Notes under the pieces: model-generated
What the model saw: the letters and a program-made list of their open reading frames with translations, nothing else
Told to the model about the DNA's origin: nothing
Databases searched by the model: none
Shown: positions 8,990 to 19,564 of the stretch, in pieces
How the letters are laid out: the number at the start of each line of letters is the position of its first letter
How positions within the stretch are numbered: the stretch's first letter is position 1
Assembly (NCBI GenBank): GCA_963803435.1
Contig: CAWDML010000002.1
Span: forward strand, 218,340 to 282,339
Direction of reading: 5' to 3'
Source: an uncultured delta proteobacterium
GTDB lineage: Bacteria; Myxococcota; Kuafuiibacteriia; Kuafuiibacteriales; Kuafuiibacteriaceae
DNA length: 64,000 bases
Program-made: the position numbers and the translations under genes

Positions 8990-9510
8990 CGCAGCACCGC
9001 GATCGCGTCGCCTGCGCGCACCACGCCCGGCGCGATCACCTCGCAGTGGACGCCGCGGAGCCGCAACGGCCGGTTCTCCTTGATCGCCACCCACCGGTGC
9101 GCGCCGGCGCCGAAGCGGGCGCTGAACTTCGCGCAGCCGAGGTGGGGCTCGTCGGTGATCGCGATGATCGCCGTGCCGATCGAGAGGCGCGTCCCGGGCG
9201 GGAGGTTCTCCTCGGAGAGGTCGAGGTCGACCTGGAAGTTGTCGCCCGAGTGGTGGGACGCCCGGCCCTCGTGTGCGATCAGGTCCGCGACGGTCGTGCG
9301 GATCATCGTGAGCTGAGAGTGGCGCTTCGGCGTCTCACCGGCGGCCCAGCGATCGCCCAGCGCGCCGCCGGCGAGCGTGAGCTCCACGGACTCGACCGTG
9401 TCGTGGACGCCGTCGCCCTTCCTGAGGCAGATGGTCCGGACCCGACCCTGATCCCTGGGCGCGGGCGCCGCGGCGGCCCAACCTTGCTCCAGCTCTTCGA
9501 GTGTGTGCAT
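8986..9510 (-). CDS. MOSC domain protein
   Basis: GDRW, QLTM, GDNFQVDLDLS, PHLGCAKFSARFG, LRGVHCEVIAPGVVRAGD. Confidence 0.85.
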   Translation of the reverse strand: MHTLEELEQGWAAAAPAPRDQGRVRTICLRKGDGVHDTVESVELTLAGGALGDRWAAGETPKRHSQLTMIRTTVADLIAHEGRASHHSGDNFQVDLDLSEENLPPGTRLSIGTAIIAITDEPHLGCAKFSARFGAGAHRWVAIKENRPLRLRGVHCEVIAPGVVRAGDAIAVLR

Positions 9511-9526
9511 CGCGTCCTCCTCGATC

Positions 9527-12500
9527 TCACTGCGCGCGCGGGCAGGAGAGGGGAAAGTGCTTGTATTCGAGCAGCGGGTTCTGCGTGCCGCTGGTCCTGA
9601 ACTGCAAGGGAACTTGCACTTGACCTTGCTTGAAGGAGAAGCGGAGCTCGACCCAGCCGCCGGCGAGCGGCTTGATGCTGGCGCGATCGGCCAGGCGGAA
9701 GAGGGACCAGTCACCCCAGGCCTCGATGGGCTCGCTGAGGCCCTCGAGGGAGAGCCGGGCGCGGCCGACCTTGGTGGGCCAAGGGAAGGACCAGGTCTCG
9801 GAGGGCCCGAACTTGTAGGTGCGATGGGCGTCGCCGAGCTCGAGCGTCACGCCGGTGATGTGCACGTTGGCGCCCGGCGCGGTGATGATGCCCTGGGGCC
9901 GGACCTGGAACTCGCGGTCGAGGGCGGCGGCGCTGCCGGGGAAGAGGGTGGCGCGGACCAGCGAGGCTCGCTTGTAGAAGGCGACCACGTCCTTCGAGAC
10001 GTGGGCGTTGGGCTTGGTGTCGACCGTGTCGCCCAGGCGCTGGAGGTCCTGCTGGAGCGCCCCGTCGAAGAACACCCAGGCGGCGCCCGTGGGGCCAAAC
10101 ATGGCGACGACGGCGTCGGGGAGGGCGTCGTCGTCGGCCTTGCGGGCGAAGGGGTAGCGGCCCGCCAGCGTCTCCTGGAAGAGGTCGCAGACCTTCTCGG
10201 AGAAGGCCTTGGCGGTGCGGCTGTAGCGCTCGGTCTCGGCCTCTGCGGTGACGCCGCGGAGCGCGTCGAGGAAGAGCGGCTTGACCAGCTTACCCAGGGA
10301 GGGCGGCACGGGGCGGAAGACGGTGTCGACCGCGTCCTTGGCCTCGGCCACCGCGCTCTCCAGCTCCTTGGTGCTGGCGTCGTCGGCCTGGGCCAGCTTC
10401 TCGATGGCGCCCTTCACGCCGGCCAGCTTGTCGAGGAGCTCGCCGAGCGCGGCCTTGGGGACGTTGCCGCTGGCGTCGGGCGACGGGTCGACCAGCTGGA
10501 AGAGGGGCGCGAACTCCTCCTGCACCGCGTTCTTCCCCGCGGGCGTCTTGCCGGCGAGCTTGCCTGCCAGCGCACCGGCGGGGCCCTTGAGCTTGCCGCC
10601 GGCGGCGAGGGCGTCGTCGGCGGCGGTGGGGAAGCCCATCTGGGCCTTCATGCCGCGGAAGAGCAGCTCGAGGATTCGAGGGCTTGGTGGTGAGCTCGTC
10701 GAGGACGCCGCGCGCGTCGGGGAGCGAGCGGGCGTCGCGGATTGAGAGCTCCCGGAGGAAGCGCTGCCACTCGGCGGAGAAGTGCTCGAGGTACTGCTCC
10801 TTCGCCTTCTCGACCATCTCCGCGTTGCTGGCGAAGGCGCCCAGCACCCAGGCCTCCGCGCCCTCGGGGCTGTCCTCGAAGCTGCCGCGGACCCTGCGCC
10901 AGCCGTCGAGGGTGTAGAGGCGATTCGACGTCGCGTCCGGCGCGCAGCGCGTCCGGAACCTTGCCGCCGCAGATCTCGGTGAGGGAGAGCGGCTTGCCGG
11001 CCAGCTTCTTCGCGGAGGCGACCATCCGCAGGTACTCGGCGTCGCGGCGTCGCAGGCTGGCGCGGGCGTCCTGGATCAGCGTGTCGCTGGGCGTGGGCCA
11101 GCGGACGGCGTCACGCGCGACCTCGTCCACGTAGGTGCGTGCCAGCGTCTTGAGCAGATCGGTCTCGCTGGCGGCGCTGCCGTCGAGGCGCCGGCGCCAG
11201 ACGTCGACCAGCACCGGCACCACGAAGTCGCGGTCGAGCCGCGCCTTCTCGCGCGTGAGCATCAGGTAGGCCTTGAGCACGTCGTAGTCGGTGGCGACGT
11301 CGCCCGAGCCGGTGGCGTCGCCCAGCATCGACTCGAGCTCGATGCCGACGCGATCGACGAACAGCTCCTGCATGGGCCGCTCGAAGGCCAGGCGGAGCGG
11401 GACCAGGAGATCGCCGCCGCTGTAGAAGCCGAAGCGGAGCGAGAGCGGCCGGTCGCTCACCTCCCAGCGCTCGAGGTCCTCCAGCCGCGCGGCCACCGGG
11501 ACGATCGCGTGGAGGCGCTCGTAGTCGCTGGGCGACAGCTCGGTGTCGGGCCGCTGCAGGCTGCGGGCGAGCGTCACCGTCGACGCGATCAGCGCCGAGT
11601 TCTTCGAGTAGGAGATCAGCGAGAAGCCGCCGATGAGCGCAGCGGCGCCCAGCGAGACAGCCAGGCTGGCGACCACGGTGCGGCGGTGGCGCCGGCGTCC
11701 TGCGGCCGAGCGCTCGGTGGTGCGCGATCCGAGGAGGAGGAGCCGGGCGAACAGCTCGTGGAGGAAGAAGCTGCGGGCCCCGGGCGCGGCGGCCGAGTCG
11801 GGCCGTCCGGACAGACCGAAGGCCCGCCGCACCCGCTCGCCGGCCGGATCGATCGGCGCGCGATCCTGGGCCGCGCTGGCCAGGTAGGCGCCGGCCACCC
11901 GGGCGCGATCGCCGAGCGGGCTCGGCTCGTAAAGACGGCGGAGAAGGGCCTCCATCGGCGGCGCCAGCGCGGCGAGCTGCTCGGGGAGCGCGAAGGTGCC
12001 CGCGCGGAAGGCGGGCTCGAGGTAGGGGAGGCGGGCCACGGCGCCTGCGCGGAGCTGGGACAGGAGGCCGTCGACCGCAGGTCGGATGCGCTGGGGATCG
12101 TCCGACTCCATGAACACGCCCAGGGCCTGCGCCCGCTCCGCGCTGGGGAGCACGCTGAAGGAGTCGACGAAGCCGGCCACCCGGTCCGCCCGCGAGAACA
12201 TCAGGTAGAGCGGCGCGCGCCAGCCGAGGGCGTCGAAGACCTCGTGCGTCCGGCGGCGGAGTCGGAGCGCCAGGGCCTCGGCGTCGTCCGGCGTGGCCGA
12301 GGCCAGCTCGTCGAGCGCGATCACTGCGACCACCGCGTCCACCGGGACGGGCTTCTTCCTCGCGGCCAGCAGCGAGAGCAGCTCGAGCCAGGCGGCGTGC
12401 TCGACGCCGTCGTCCGCGAAGTAGGCGCCGGGGAGATCGAAGATCGCACCCTGCCGCGAGAGTGAGATCTCGAGCTGGGTCGAGCCGCCCTCCGGATCGG

Positions 12501-12894
12501 TGGTGAACGCCAGCTCGAGGCGGGCGCGGTGGATCGCCGCGCTCTTCCCCGCGCCGGGCGGTCCGATCATCAGCACGCGCGGCACGCGAAAGAGCGCCGG
12601 ATCGCCGGCCAGCTTGGAGGCCTCCAGCACCTTCTCGAGCTGTTGCAGCTTGCCCTCGAGCTGGGCCTTCAGCTCGGGCGGGACCGACGGCTTGCTGGAC
12701 CGGGTCAGCGCCGCCCGGGTGGCGCGCCGCTGGCGGAGGCCGAAGAGCAGCATGATCGGCACCGGGAGCAGGAGCGCGATCGCGATCCCGATCCGGAGCC
12801 AGAGCGCGCTCACGCCGATGTTCGCGCCGAAGATCACGATCAGGGATCCGAGGACGAGGCCGAGCGCGATCAGGAGGACGCGGACCCACCGCAT
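9527..12894 (-). CDS. tssM: T6SS membrane subunit TssM/IcmF (two frameshifts near 10920 and 10675)
   Basis: N-terminal TMs, Walker A GPPGAGKS, WLELLSLL..PVDAVV, PLYLMFSRADRVAGF, LRFGFYSG, C-terminal LAGRYPF and GDWSLFRL; spread over ORFs 10648-12894, 10290-10847 and 9527-10651. Confidence 0.85.
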
Positions 12895-12901
12895 GGGATC
12901 T

Positions 12902-13516
12902 TCAGCCTCCGAACACGCGCATCGCCGCGAGCGCGTCGCCGCGGGCGGAGTCGAGGAGGAGGTAGAGCGCGCCCGAGAGCGCGAGGGCCAGGACCAGCAC
13001 GCCGGCGGCCGCCGGGATCCAGGGGAAGGTCCGCGGCGGCGGGGGAGGCGGGGACTTCGGAAGCGCCTGCGGGCAGAGCGCCTCGGCGTGGTGTCCGAGC
13101 TCCGCGGCCAGCTCCGCCATGAGGCGCGCCAGCTCGTCGGGTGGGCCCATGCGATAGCGGCCCTGGAAGCCCAGGCACAGGCAGAGGTGGAAGACCTCGA
13201 GCACCGGGCGCGCCTCGGGCCCGCGGCGGCGGACCTTGTCGAGCCGCTCGAAGAACCGCACCCCGGCGTTGCGCTCGCCGAACAGCGCCGACTGCAGCGG
13301 CTGGATGTCCCAGCCCAGCTGGTGCGCCTTGCCGGTGAACTGGATGCCCTCGTCGAGCGCGGCCACCAGGGCGTAGCGGGCGTCGTCGTCGTCGATCTCG
13401 GCGAGGGCCGCGGTCAGGCGCTCGCGCAGCGTGGCCGCCGAGGGGATCTCGACGCCCGGCTTCTGGATCTCGAGCAAGACGAGCAGCAGATCCGAGGCGG
13501 CTTGCGCGAGCGTCAT
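12902..13516 (-). CDS. tssL: T6SS TssL/DotU (no OmpA domain)
   Basis: ARYALVAALDE..PLQSALFGERNAGVRFFERL..LEVFHLCLCLGFQGRY; C-terminal TM. Confidence 0.9.
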   Translation of the reverse strand: MTLAQAASDLLLVLLEIQKPGVEIPSAATLRERLTAALAEIDDDDARYALVAALDEGIQFTGKAHQLGWDIQPLQSALFGERNAGVRFFERLDKVRRRGPEARPVLEVFHLCLCLGFQGRYRMGPPDELARLMAELAAELGHHAEALCPQALPKSPPPPPPRTFPWIPAAAGVLVLALALSGALYLLLDSARGDALAAMRVFGG

Positions 13517-14841
13517 CAGAGCTCCACTGCGACCAGCTCGATCGTCACCGACTTCGGGCTCACCGGTTGAAAGACGGCGATCGAGGCGCTCTTCACGATG
13601 TCCGTCCAGTGCGCCCCCTTCTGGCCCAGGCGCAGGTAGACGTTCTCGGCCCGCACCGGGATGGCGGTGGGCGGCGAGAGATCCACGGCCACCTCGAGGC
13701 CCGGGATGGCGGCCTGCACCACGCTGGTGATCCGATCGCACGAGCTGATGCGCACGAACGCGGGCAGGTCCTTGCGGAGCGAGGAGTCGGAGACGTCGCC
13801 GCCGGCGATCAGGTAGAGCTGCGACTTCTTGAGGAGCTGCGGATCGATCCGCTGCGCCACGAACAGGCCGGGCTGGACCTGCTCGAGCGGGATCGGCTGG
13901 TACTGCTGGCCGATCACCGTGGTGAGCAGCGTGTGGATCCGATCGAAGATCGGGTAGAGCGTCTCCGCCAGCGCGGTGTGGTTGAAGGGCGGCACCGGCA
14001 CCGGCTCGCGCTGGGGCTCGAAGGTGGAGAGCGCGCCCGCGATCTCGGCCAGCGCCAGGTAGAGTCGCTCCGGGTGGACGCGGCCCACCCGCGACAGGTG
14101 CATCATGCGGGGGAGCTGGGCGTTGAGCGTGTGCAGGAACCAGAAGGTGGCCATGTCGATGGAGCCGAACTCGACCAGGGAGGTGGAGCGCCCCCGGTAG
14201 CGGCTGGCCAGCGCGTCCTGCTTGGCGCCCATGGCCGTGATCAGGCGGGAGAGCCGGTTCGTCAGCGAGGGGCTGGCGGTGATCGCCAGGGCCGGCGGGA
14301 CGTAGGCGTCGCTCACGATGAGCGCGCCGTTCTCGTTGAGCTCGAGCTCGGCCAGCTTGATCGTCACGTAGCTCCGGCGATCGGAGGTGCCGAGCAGGAG
14401 CTGGGCGTTGGGGCGGACGCACTCGATCTCGGTGTCGTCGGCGGTGCCGTAAGCGTCGCGCAAGGTGCGTTGCACCCGGACGTAGCGGGCGTCGGGGGCC
14501 CCCATCTCGCCGGCGTAGCTGGTGGAGCCGCGGGCGGCGTCGCTGGGGACACAGAGGTAGACCTCGGCGCGGCGGCTGGCGTCGAGCATCACCACCGCCT
14601 CCTTGACGGGGTGCTCGGGGCCGATCATCACGCGCATCCCGTCCGGCATCACCGCCGCCAGGCGCTTCACCTGGAAGACGCTGCGCACCAGCGCCTCCTC
14701 GTCGATCTCGAGCTGGGCGACGCCGAAGCCGTGGGGCTCGATCGTTCGCAGGCGTTGATCGACCTCGTCCTCCAGGTAGGCGTCGAACGCCTGGAAGTGC
14801 TGGGGCATCACGTAGAGCCCTTCTCTCCACAGCGGTTTCAA
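13516..14841 (-). CDS. tssK: T6SS baseplate subunit TssK
   Basis: PLWREGLYVMPQHFQ, AVMPDG, YVPPAL, HPERLYLAL, FNHTAL. Confidence 0.93.
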   Translation of the reverse strand: MKPLWREGLYVMPQHFQAFDAYLEDEVDQRLRTIEPHGFGVAQLEIDEEALVRSVFQVKRLAAVMPDGMRVMIGPEHPVKEAVVMLDASRRAEVYLCVPSDAARGSTSYAGEMGAPDARYVRVQRTLRDAYGTADDTEIECVRPNAQLLLGTSDRRSYVTIKLAELELNENGALIVSDAYVPPALAITASPSLTNRLSRLITAMGAKQDALASRYRGRSTSLVEFGSIDMATFWFLHTLNAQLPRMMHLSRVGRVHPERLYLALAEIAGALSTFEPQREPVPVPPFNHTALAETLYPIFDRIHTLLTTVIGQQYQPIPLEQVQPGLFVAQRIDPQLLKKSQLYLIAGGDVSDSSLRKDLPAFVRISSCDRITSVVQAAIPGLEVAVDLSPPTAIPVRAENVYLRLGQKGAHWTDIVKSASIAVFQPVSPKSVTIELVAVEL

Positions 14842-14851
14842 CAGTCGGCTC

Positions 14852-15337
14852 CTATTCGGCTCTCTCTTGCGCGATCACGCGGTTGTCCTGCAGCGAGGCC
14901 CGCACCGGGAAGTGCAGATCACCGGGCTTGCAGCGATCCACGATCCCGCTGACGTCGATGACCCGCCGCCACTGCTCGCCCTCGATCTGCCGGAACAGCG
15001 CCACCACCGCCACGTACGAGGTGGCCGCCGGCACGGAGAGGGTGGTGATCTTCTCCTCGCCGGGGAACACGGTGAAGGAGGTCTTGGCGGTGACCGCAGG
15101 GCCGAGGGTGGCGTCGTCCTTCTGCCAGACCGAGTCGAAGTCGAGGCGCTCGATGGTGTCGCGATCCTTGAGGAAGTAGGCCCGCACCTCGACCGGCAGC
15201 GACTGGCCCTCCACGTTCACGTTCAGCATCTTGCCGCCTTCGACCAGCAGCTCGATGGGGATCTCCTGGCACTTCGCGTCCGGACCCCCCAGCGTCGCGC
15301 ATCCCGACGCGAGGATGAGGATGCACGCCCGGAGCAT
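14852..15337 (-). CDS. tssJ: T6SS lipoprotein TssJ
   Basis: Lipobox LASGC; LNVNVEGQSLPVEVRAYFLK, VFPGE, YVAVVALFRQ...WR. Confidence 0.88.
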   Translation of the reverse strand: MLRACILILASGCATLGGPDAKCQEIPIELLVEGGKMLNVNVEGQSLPVEVRAYFLKDRDTIERLDFDSVWQKDDATLGPAVTAKTSFTVFPGEEKITTLSVPAATSYVAVVALFRQIEGEQWRRVIDVSGIVDRCKPGDLHFPVRASLQDNRVIAQERAE

Positions 15338-15348
15338 CGGCGCGGACC

Positions 15349-17482
15349 CTATCCCGAAGGAACTCGGAATACCAGGCGCACCGACCCGAGGTTCACCTCC
15401 TGGTTCGGCTCCAGCTTGGTGACCAGCACGGTCTGTCCGTTCGCCTTGAGGGCAGAGCCGGTGTCGAGGTCGACAATCTCGCACACACCGTCGTCGAGGC
15501 GCGCGACCGCGTGGCGCGGCGCGACCCCGGCGCCCCGCACGATCGCGCCTGCCGAGGGATGGGAGCCGATGATCTTCGGCCGGTCGGCCAGCTTGATGTG
15601 GCGGCCGTCGTCGAGCCCGCCCACCACCTGCAGGTACGGCGACGGTTCCTGCGCCGCGATCGGGTAGCGCGCCGCGAACTTGTAGAGGAAGGTGGTGTTG
15701 CCGATCTTGAAGGTGTCGCCGTCCTCCAGCGCCCGCGATTCGCCGCCGATGAACAGGACCCAGCGACCCAGCGCGTTGAGCTCGAAGCGCGCCTCGGCGG
15801 GCCGGCCGCTCATCGGCTTCACGCGGTAGTCGCCGTTGACGCCGACGGTGTAGCCGCTCCTGAGCACGACCGTAGGGGCGCCGGCGGGGATCGGGACCAA
15901 CCAGCCGGCGACGTCGACCGTCTCCAGCTCGAGCGAGCTCAGCACCTGCGTGCGCTGCGCGGCGAAGCGGGGCGCGGCGGCCGGCGCCGAGGGATCCACC
16001 GGCGCAGGCGGGAGCTGCTCGCTGAGCTCCTGCACCGACATGGGCATGGTGGACTCGAGATCGACGCCGGGATCGCCGACCTGCGGGAGCATGAGCTTGG
16101 GCTCGGGGTCCGGCTTCTCGCCGCCGAACTTGCGCAGGAACTCGGTGGGCCGGGGGAGGATCCCGAACGGAGAGGCGGGCGCCGCCGGCGCGATCGGCGC
16201 GATCGGCGCGATCGGCGCGATCGGCGCGGGCGTTGCGATCACCTTGGCCGAGGGTGCGGTGTCCACGGGACGGATGGTCTCGTGCTCGTCGCTGGTCTCG
16301 ACGACGGGTGCCTTTCGCTCGGGCGGACGCGGGAGGATCTTCGGCTTCGGATCCTCGACGGGCCGCTTCATCAGCTCCGGCGGCCGGCGCAGTCCCGGCA
16401 GCGTCTTGCCCAGATCGGGCTCGGCGGCGGGCGGCGGCGGCGTCTGCAGCTTATCCAGAATCGCGGCGGCCGCGGCGCGCCGCTTCCTCCGCATCATCAT
16501 CACGCCGAACCCGGCCAGCGAGAGCGACACGCCGATCGACAGCACCAGCACGATCGGCTTCCAGGGTGTCTTCGACTCGAACTCGTGCTGCGGCACGATG
16601 CGAGCGACCGGCTCCGACGCCACGTCGCCCACCGAGATCTGGAAGTCGTACTGCTGTCCGGTGAACACGCGCGGGAGCTCGTACTCGAGGATCCGCTGGT
16701 GGCGGATCTCGTCAGCCAGCCCGTGCAGGGCCTCCTTGAACTCCTCGTCGGTGCGGGTCGCGCGCATCGTGCCACGGCTCTTCTTGCTCAGCACTTCGAG
16801 CGTGCTCTTGAGCGGGACGTCGTCGATCGGCGCATAGCCGACCGTGTGGATCTGCGCCGACTTCTCCATCGCGTGCCAGCCGAGCTCGGCGAACTTCTGC
16901 TGGTTCAGCTCCCGCGAGGTGCCGTCCGGAGATCACCACCACGATCCCGGGCGCCGGCTTGAGCGACTGCTCGATGGCGTCGGCGAGCTGCATCTCGAGG
17001 GCGTCGGGCTGGATCGCCAGCGCCTCGATCGCCTGGCGCGCGTCACCCGGTGTCTTGGCGGCGACGTCCGACTTCACTTGATCGGCGTAGCCGATGATCC
17101 GGATCTTCGAGCTCTGTGAGATCCCGCCGATGATCTCGAGGAGCCCGCGCTTGATCGGCGGCAGGACCGACTCCATCGACGGCCCCAGCTGAACCACGAA
17201 CGTCAGCGAGAGGGGCTCGCCAGCCTCGCCCACGGTGGTGACCCGGGGCAGGGCTTGCTCGGGGAGGCCGTTGACCTGGAGCTGGTAGGCGCGCTGGACG
17301 CTCGGGGGTCGGGTGCGCCCCTGCTCGTCCAGGTCGGTGACGAACAGCCGCACCTTGGGAGGCGATTCGAAGCCAATCGCGTCGATCCGGAGCACCGGAC
17401 GGGGCGAAAACGGGCTCGCATCCGCCTCGCCGGTCGCCATCGCCGCCAGGAGGATCAGGAGCGGAGCCGACCTTCGCGGCAC
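15349..17482 (-). CDS. Membrane protein: exported VWA-like domain, TM helix, Pro-rich linker, tandem FHA-like domains (frameshift near 16920)
   Basis: Signal-like N-terminus and VWA-like region (ORF 16712-17803 frame, then IHTVGY); TM IVLVLSIGVSLSLAGFGVMMMRRKRR; C-terminal LEDGDTFKIG and GVAPRHA..IVDLDTGS...VNLGSVRLVF. Confidence 0.7.
16186..16228. repeat. 9-bp tandem repeat (CGGCGCGAT)x4.8 encoding (PIA)n linker
   Basis: Seen directly in sequence. Confidence 0.85.
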
Positions 17483-17558
17483 GCCGAGGTTTGTATCAGG
17501 TCTACGGGTCGGCTGCACCCCTCTGGACTCCCAACCGGATGTCCGGAACATTCCGAAC

Positions 17559-18587
17559 ATGGCTCTCGTCGTCAGGTCGGGCGCGCACAGCGTCGCCGGT
17601 CGGCGCGAGTCGAACGAGGACGCGATCCGCGCCGAGACTGAGGCCGGCCTCTTCCTCGTCGCCGACGGCACCGGCGGCCGCGGCGGCGGGCAGGTGGCAG
17701 CCCAGCTCGCCACCCAGACCATCGCCGCCGAGCTCATCCCGCTGGTCGCGGTCGGGGTGGAGCGCGCGGTGGACGCGGCCATCGCCAAGGCCCACCGGCG
17801 CATCCGCGAGAAGCAGGCGGAGCCCGCCTATCGGGGGATGGCCACCACGCTGGTCGTCCTCGCCGTGTCGAACAGCCGTCTCAACGTGTCGCACGTCGGC
17901 GACAGCCGCGCCTACCTTCTGCGCAAGGGCAAGCTCGTCAGCCTGACCCGCGATCACTCGCTCGCCAACTATCTCGCCGACAACCCGGGCAAGGCGCCCA
18001 AGATCCAGCGCCCCGCCGACACGCTGGTGCGGGCGCTCGGCCTCAACCCGGATCCACCAGACGCCGATCACCGCTCGATCACGCTCGAGCAAGACGACGT
18101 CGTGCTCGCGTGCTCGGACGGCGTGTCCTCGTTCGTGCCCGAGTGGGCGCTCGCCGCCATTCTCGACAGCGCTCCCAACGTGGGCGAGCAGGAGGTGGCG
18201 CAGCTCCTCACCGAGGCCGCCATCGCGCAGGGCTCGATGGACAACGCCAGCGCCATCGTGCTGCGCGCCGCCGACGAGGGCGCCCTCACCGCACGCCCGC
18301 TGGGCTGGATCGCCTTCCTCGAGGGCCCGCGACAGGGCGACGTGATCGAGCTGGGCGGCACCGCGCGCGTCGGAAAGGACGACGCCTGCGAGGTCGTCAT
18401 CCGCGACGGCGACGCCGCCGATCGGCACCTCGAGATCCGCGGCGGCGCCCACGGCTTCGACCTCAAGGATCTCGGCGGCGGCACCTTCCTCAACGACGTC
18501 CGTACCGAAGAGGCCGTGCTCGTCGACGGCGACGTGATCCGGGTGGGCGGGACGCGCATGGTCTTCAAGTGCCACCGCCCGGAGTGA
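17559..18587 (+). CDS. PP2C-family Ser/Thr phosphatase fused to a C-terminal FHA domain
   Basis: RESNED, VADGTGG, HVGDSRAY, TRDHS, CSDG, DNAS; C-terminal RVGKDDAC..DRHLEI..GGTFLND..LVDGDVIRVG. Confidence 0.88.
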   Translation: MALVVRSGAHSVAGRRESNEDAIRAETEAGLFLVADGTGGRGGGQVAAQLATQTIAAELIPLVAVGVERAVDAAIAKAHRRIREKQAEPAYRGMATTLVVLAVSNSRLNVSHVGDSRAYLLRKGKLVSLTRDHSLANYLADNPGKAPKIQRPADTLVRALGLNPDPPDADHRSITLEQDDVVLACSDGVSSFVPEWALAAILDSAPNVGEQEVAQLLTEAAIAQGSMDNASAIVLRAADEGALTARPLGWIAFLEGPRQGDVIELGGTARVGKDDACEVVIRDGDAADRHLEIRGGAHGFDLKDLGGGTFLNDVRTEEAVLVDGDVIRVGGTRMVFKCHRPE

Positions 18588-19564
18588 GCCTCGCGATCTT
18601 GTCGCTCGCGCTGAGCGCGCGCGGACCCTTCCTCCGCCTCGAGCGTGTCGACGCGGCCCGCTGTGCCGAGGAGGGCGTGGTCACCGCGGCGATCGCCGAG
18701 CTGTCCCTGGAGGGCGAGATGGCCGACGCCGCGCCCGCCGACTATCGGCTGATCGTCGACGGCGCCAAGCTCGGTTCGCCGCCGGTGAAGGTCGAGACCT
18801 TCCGGGCCGGCCGTGCGCCGCTCTCGGTCGTGCTCGTCCTGCAAGCCAACCTGCCGTACCAGCAGGACATGGACGCGATCGCGGCAGGCGTCCGGGCGTT
18901 CCTGCGCGCGCTGCCACCGCGGGCGCAGGTCTCGATCTCCACCTACGGCGAGGGCGTCCGGCGGCTCGCCACCGACCGACCGCCCGAGGATGCCGCCCGC
19001 GCGCTCGAGGGCTTGACCGCCGGCGACTCCGCCGAGAGCCCCGCGCTCGACGCGCTCCGCACCGCGCTGCTCGACCTCGGCGATCCCGACCCGAAGGCGC
19101 GCCGCCTGCTCATCGCCGTGTCCGACGGCCTGTCCGACGGCGCCGATCCCGACGCAGTGCGCGCGCTCGGCAACCTGGCCCGAGCCAAAGGCGTTCCCAT
19201 CCTCCCGATCGCGTTCTCGGCCACCGACGAGCGGGCGCCGATGCTGGCCCTGGGCGAGCTGGCCAAGCGCTCGAACGGTACCTTCCGCTTCGCGAAGTCC
19301 GCCGGGGACGTGGAGGGCGAGCTGGCGCACCTGGCGCAGGAGATCGACCGGCAGCTCCAGCTCGACTTCGAGATCCCGGACCGCTGCGCGGCACGCCACA
19401 CCCTCGCGGTCAGCCGCGGCACGCTCCGCTCGAACGTGCGCGACACACCGGCGTTCGAGGGCGCGGGGGTGGGGTCGGCCGGGTGGATCGGACTGGCGGC
19501 GCTGGCGGCGATCAGCGCCGCGTTCTTCGTCGTTCGAGGACGAGCTCGATCGCGGGCGGGATGA
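18584..19564 (+). CDS. Exported VWA-domain protein with C-terminal TM anchor
   Basis: GTG overlaps the previous stop; LSVVLVL, LIAVSDG, VPILPIAF, LAKRSNGTF; C-terminal hydrophobic helix followed by Arg cluster. Confidence 0.72.
   Translation: MSLAILSLALSARGPFLRLERVDAARCAEEGVVTAAIAELSLEGEMADAAPADYRLIVDGAKLGSPPVKVETFRAGRAPLSVVLVLQANLPYQQDMDAIAAGVRAFLRALPPRAQVSISTYGEGVRRLATDRPPEDAARALEGLTAGDSAESPALDALRTALLDLGDPDPKARRLLIAVSDGLSDGADPDAVRALGNLARAKGVPILPIAFSATDERAPMLALGELAKRSNGTFRFAKSAGDVEGELAHLAQEIDRQLQLDFEIPDRCAARHTLAVSRGTLRSNVRDTPAFEGAGVGSAGWIGLAALAAISAAFFVVRGRARSRAG

Noticed and set aside
9527-12894. tssM as a true pseudogene or programmed frameshift
   Set aside because: No slippery A/T run was seen at the breaks and similar indels occur throughout the window.
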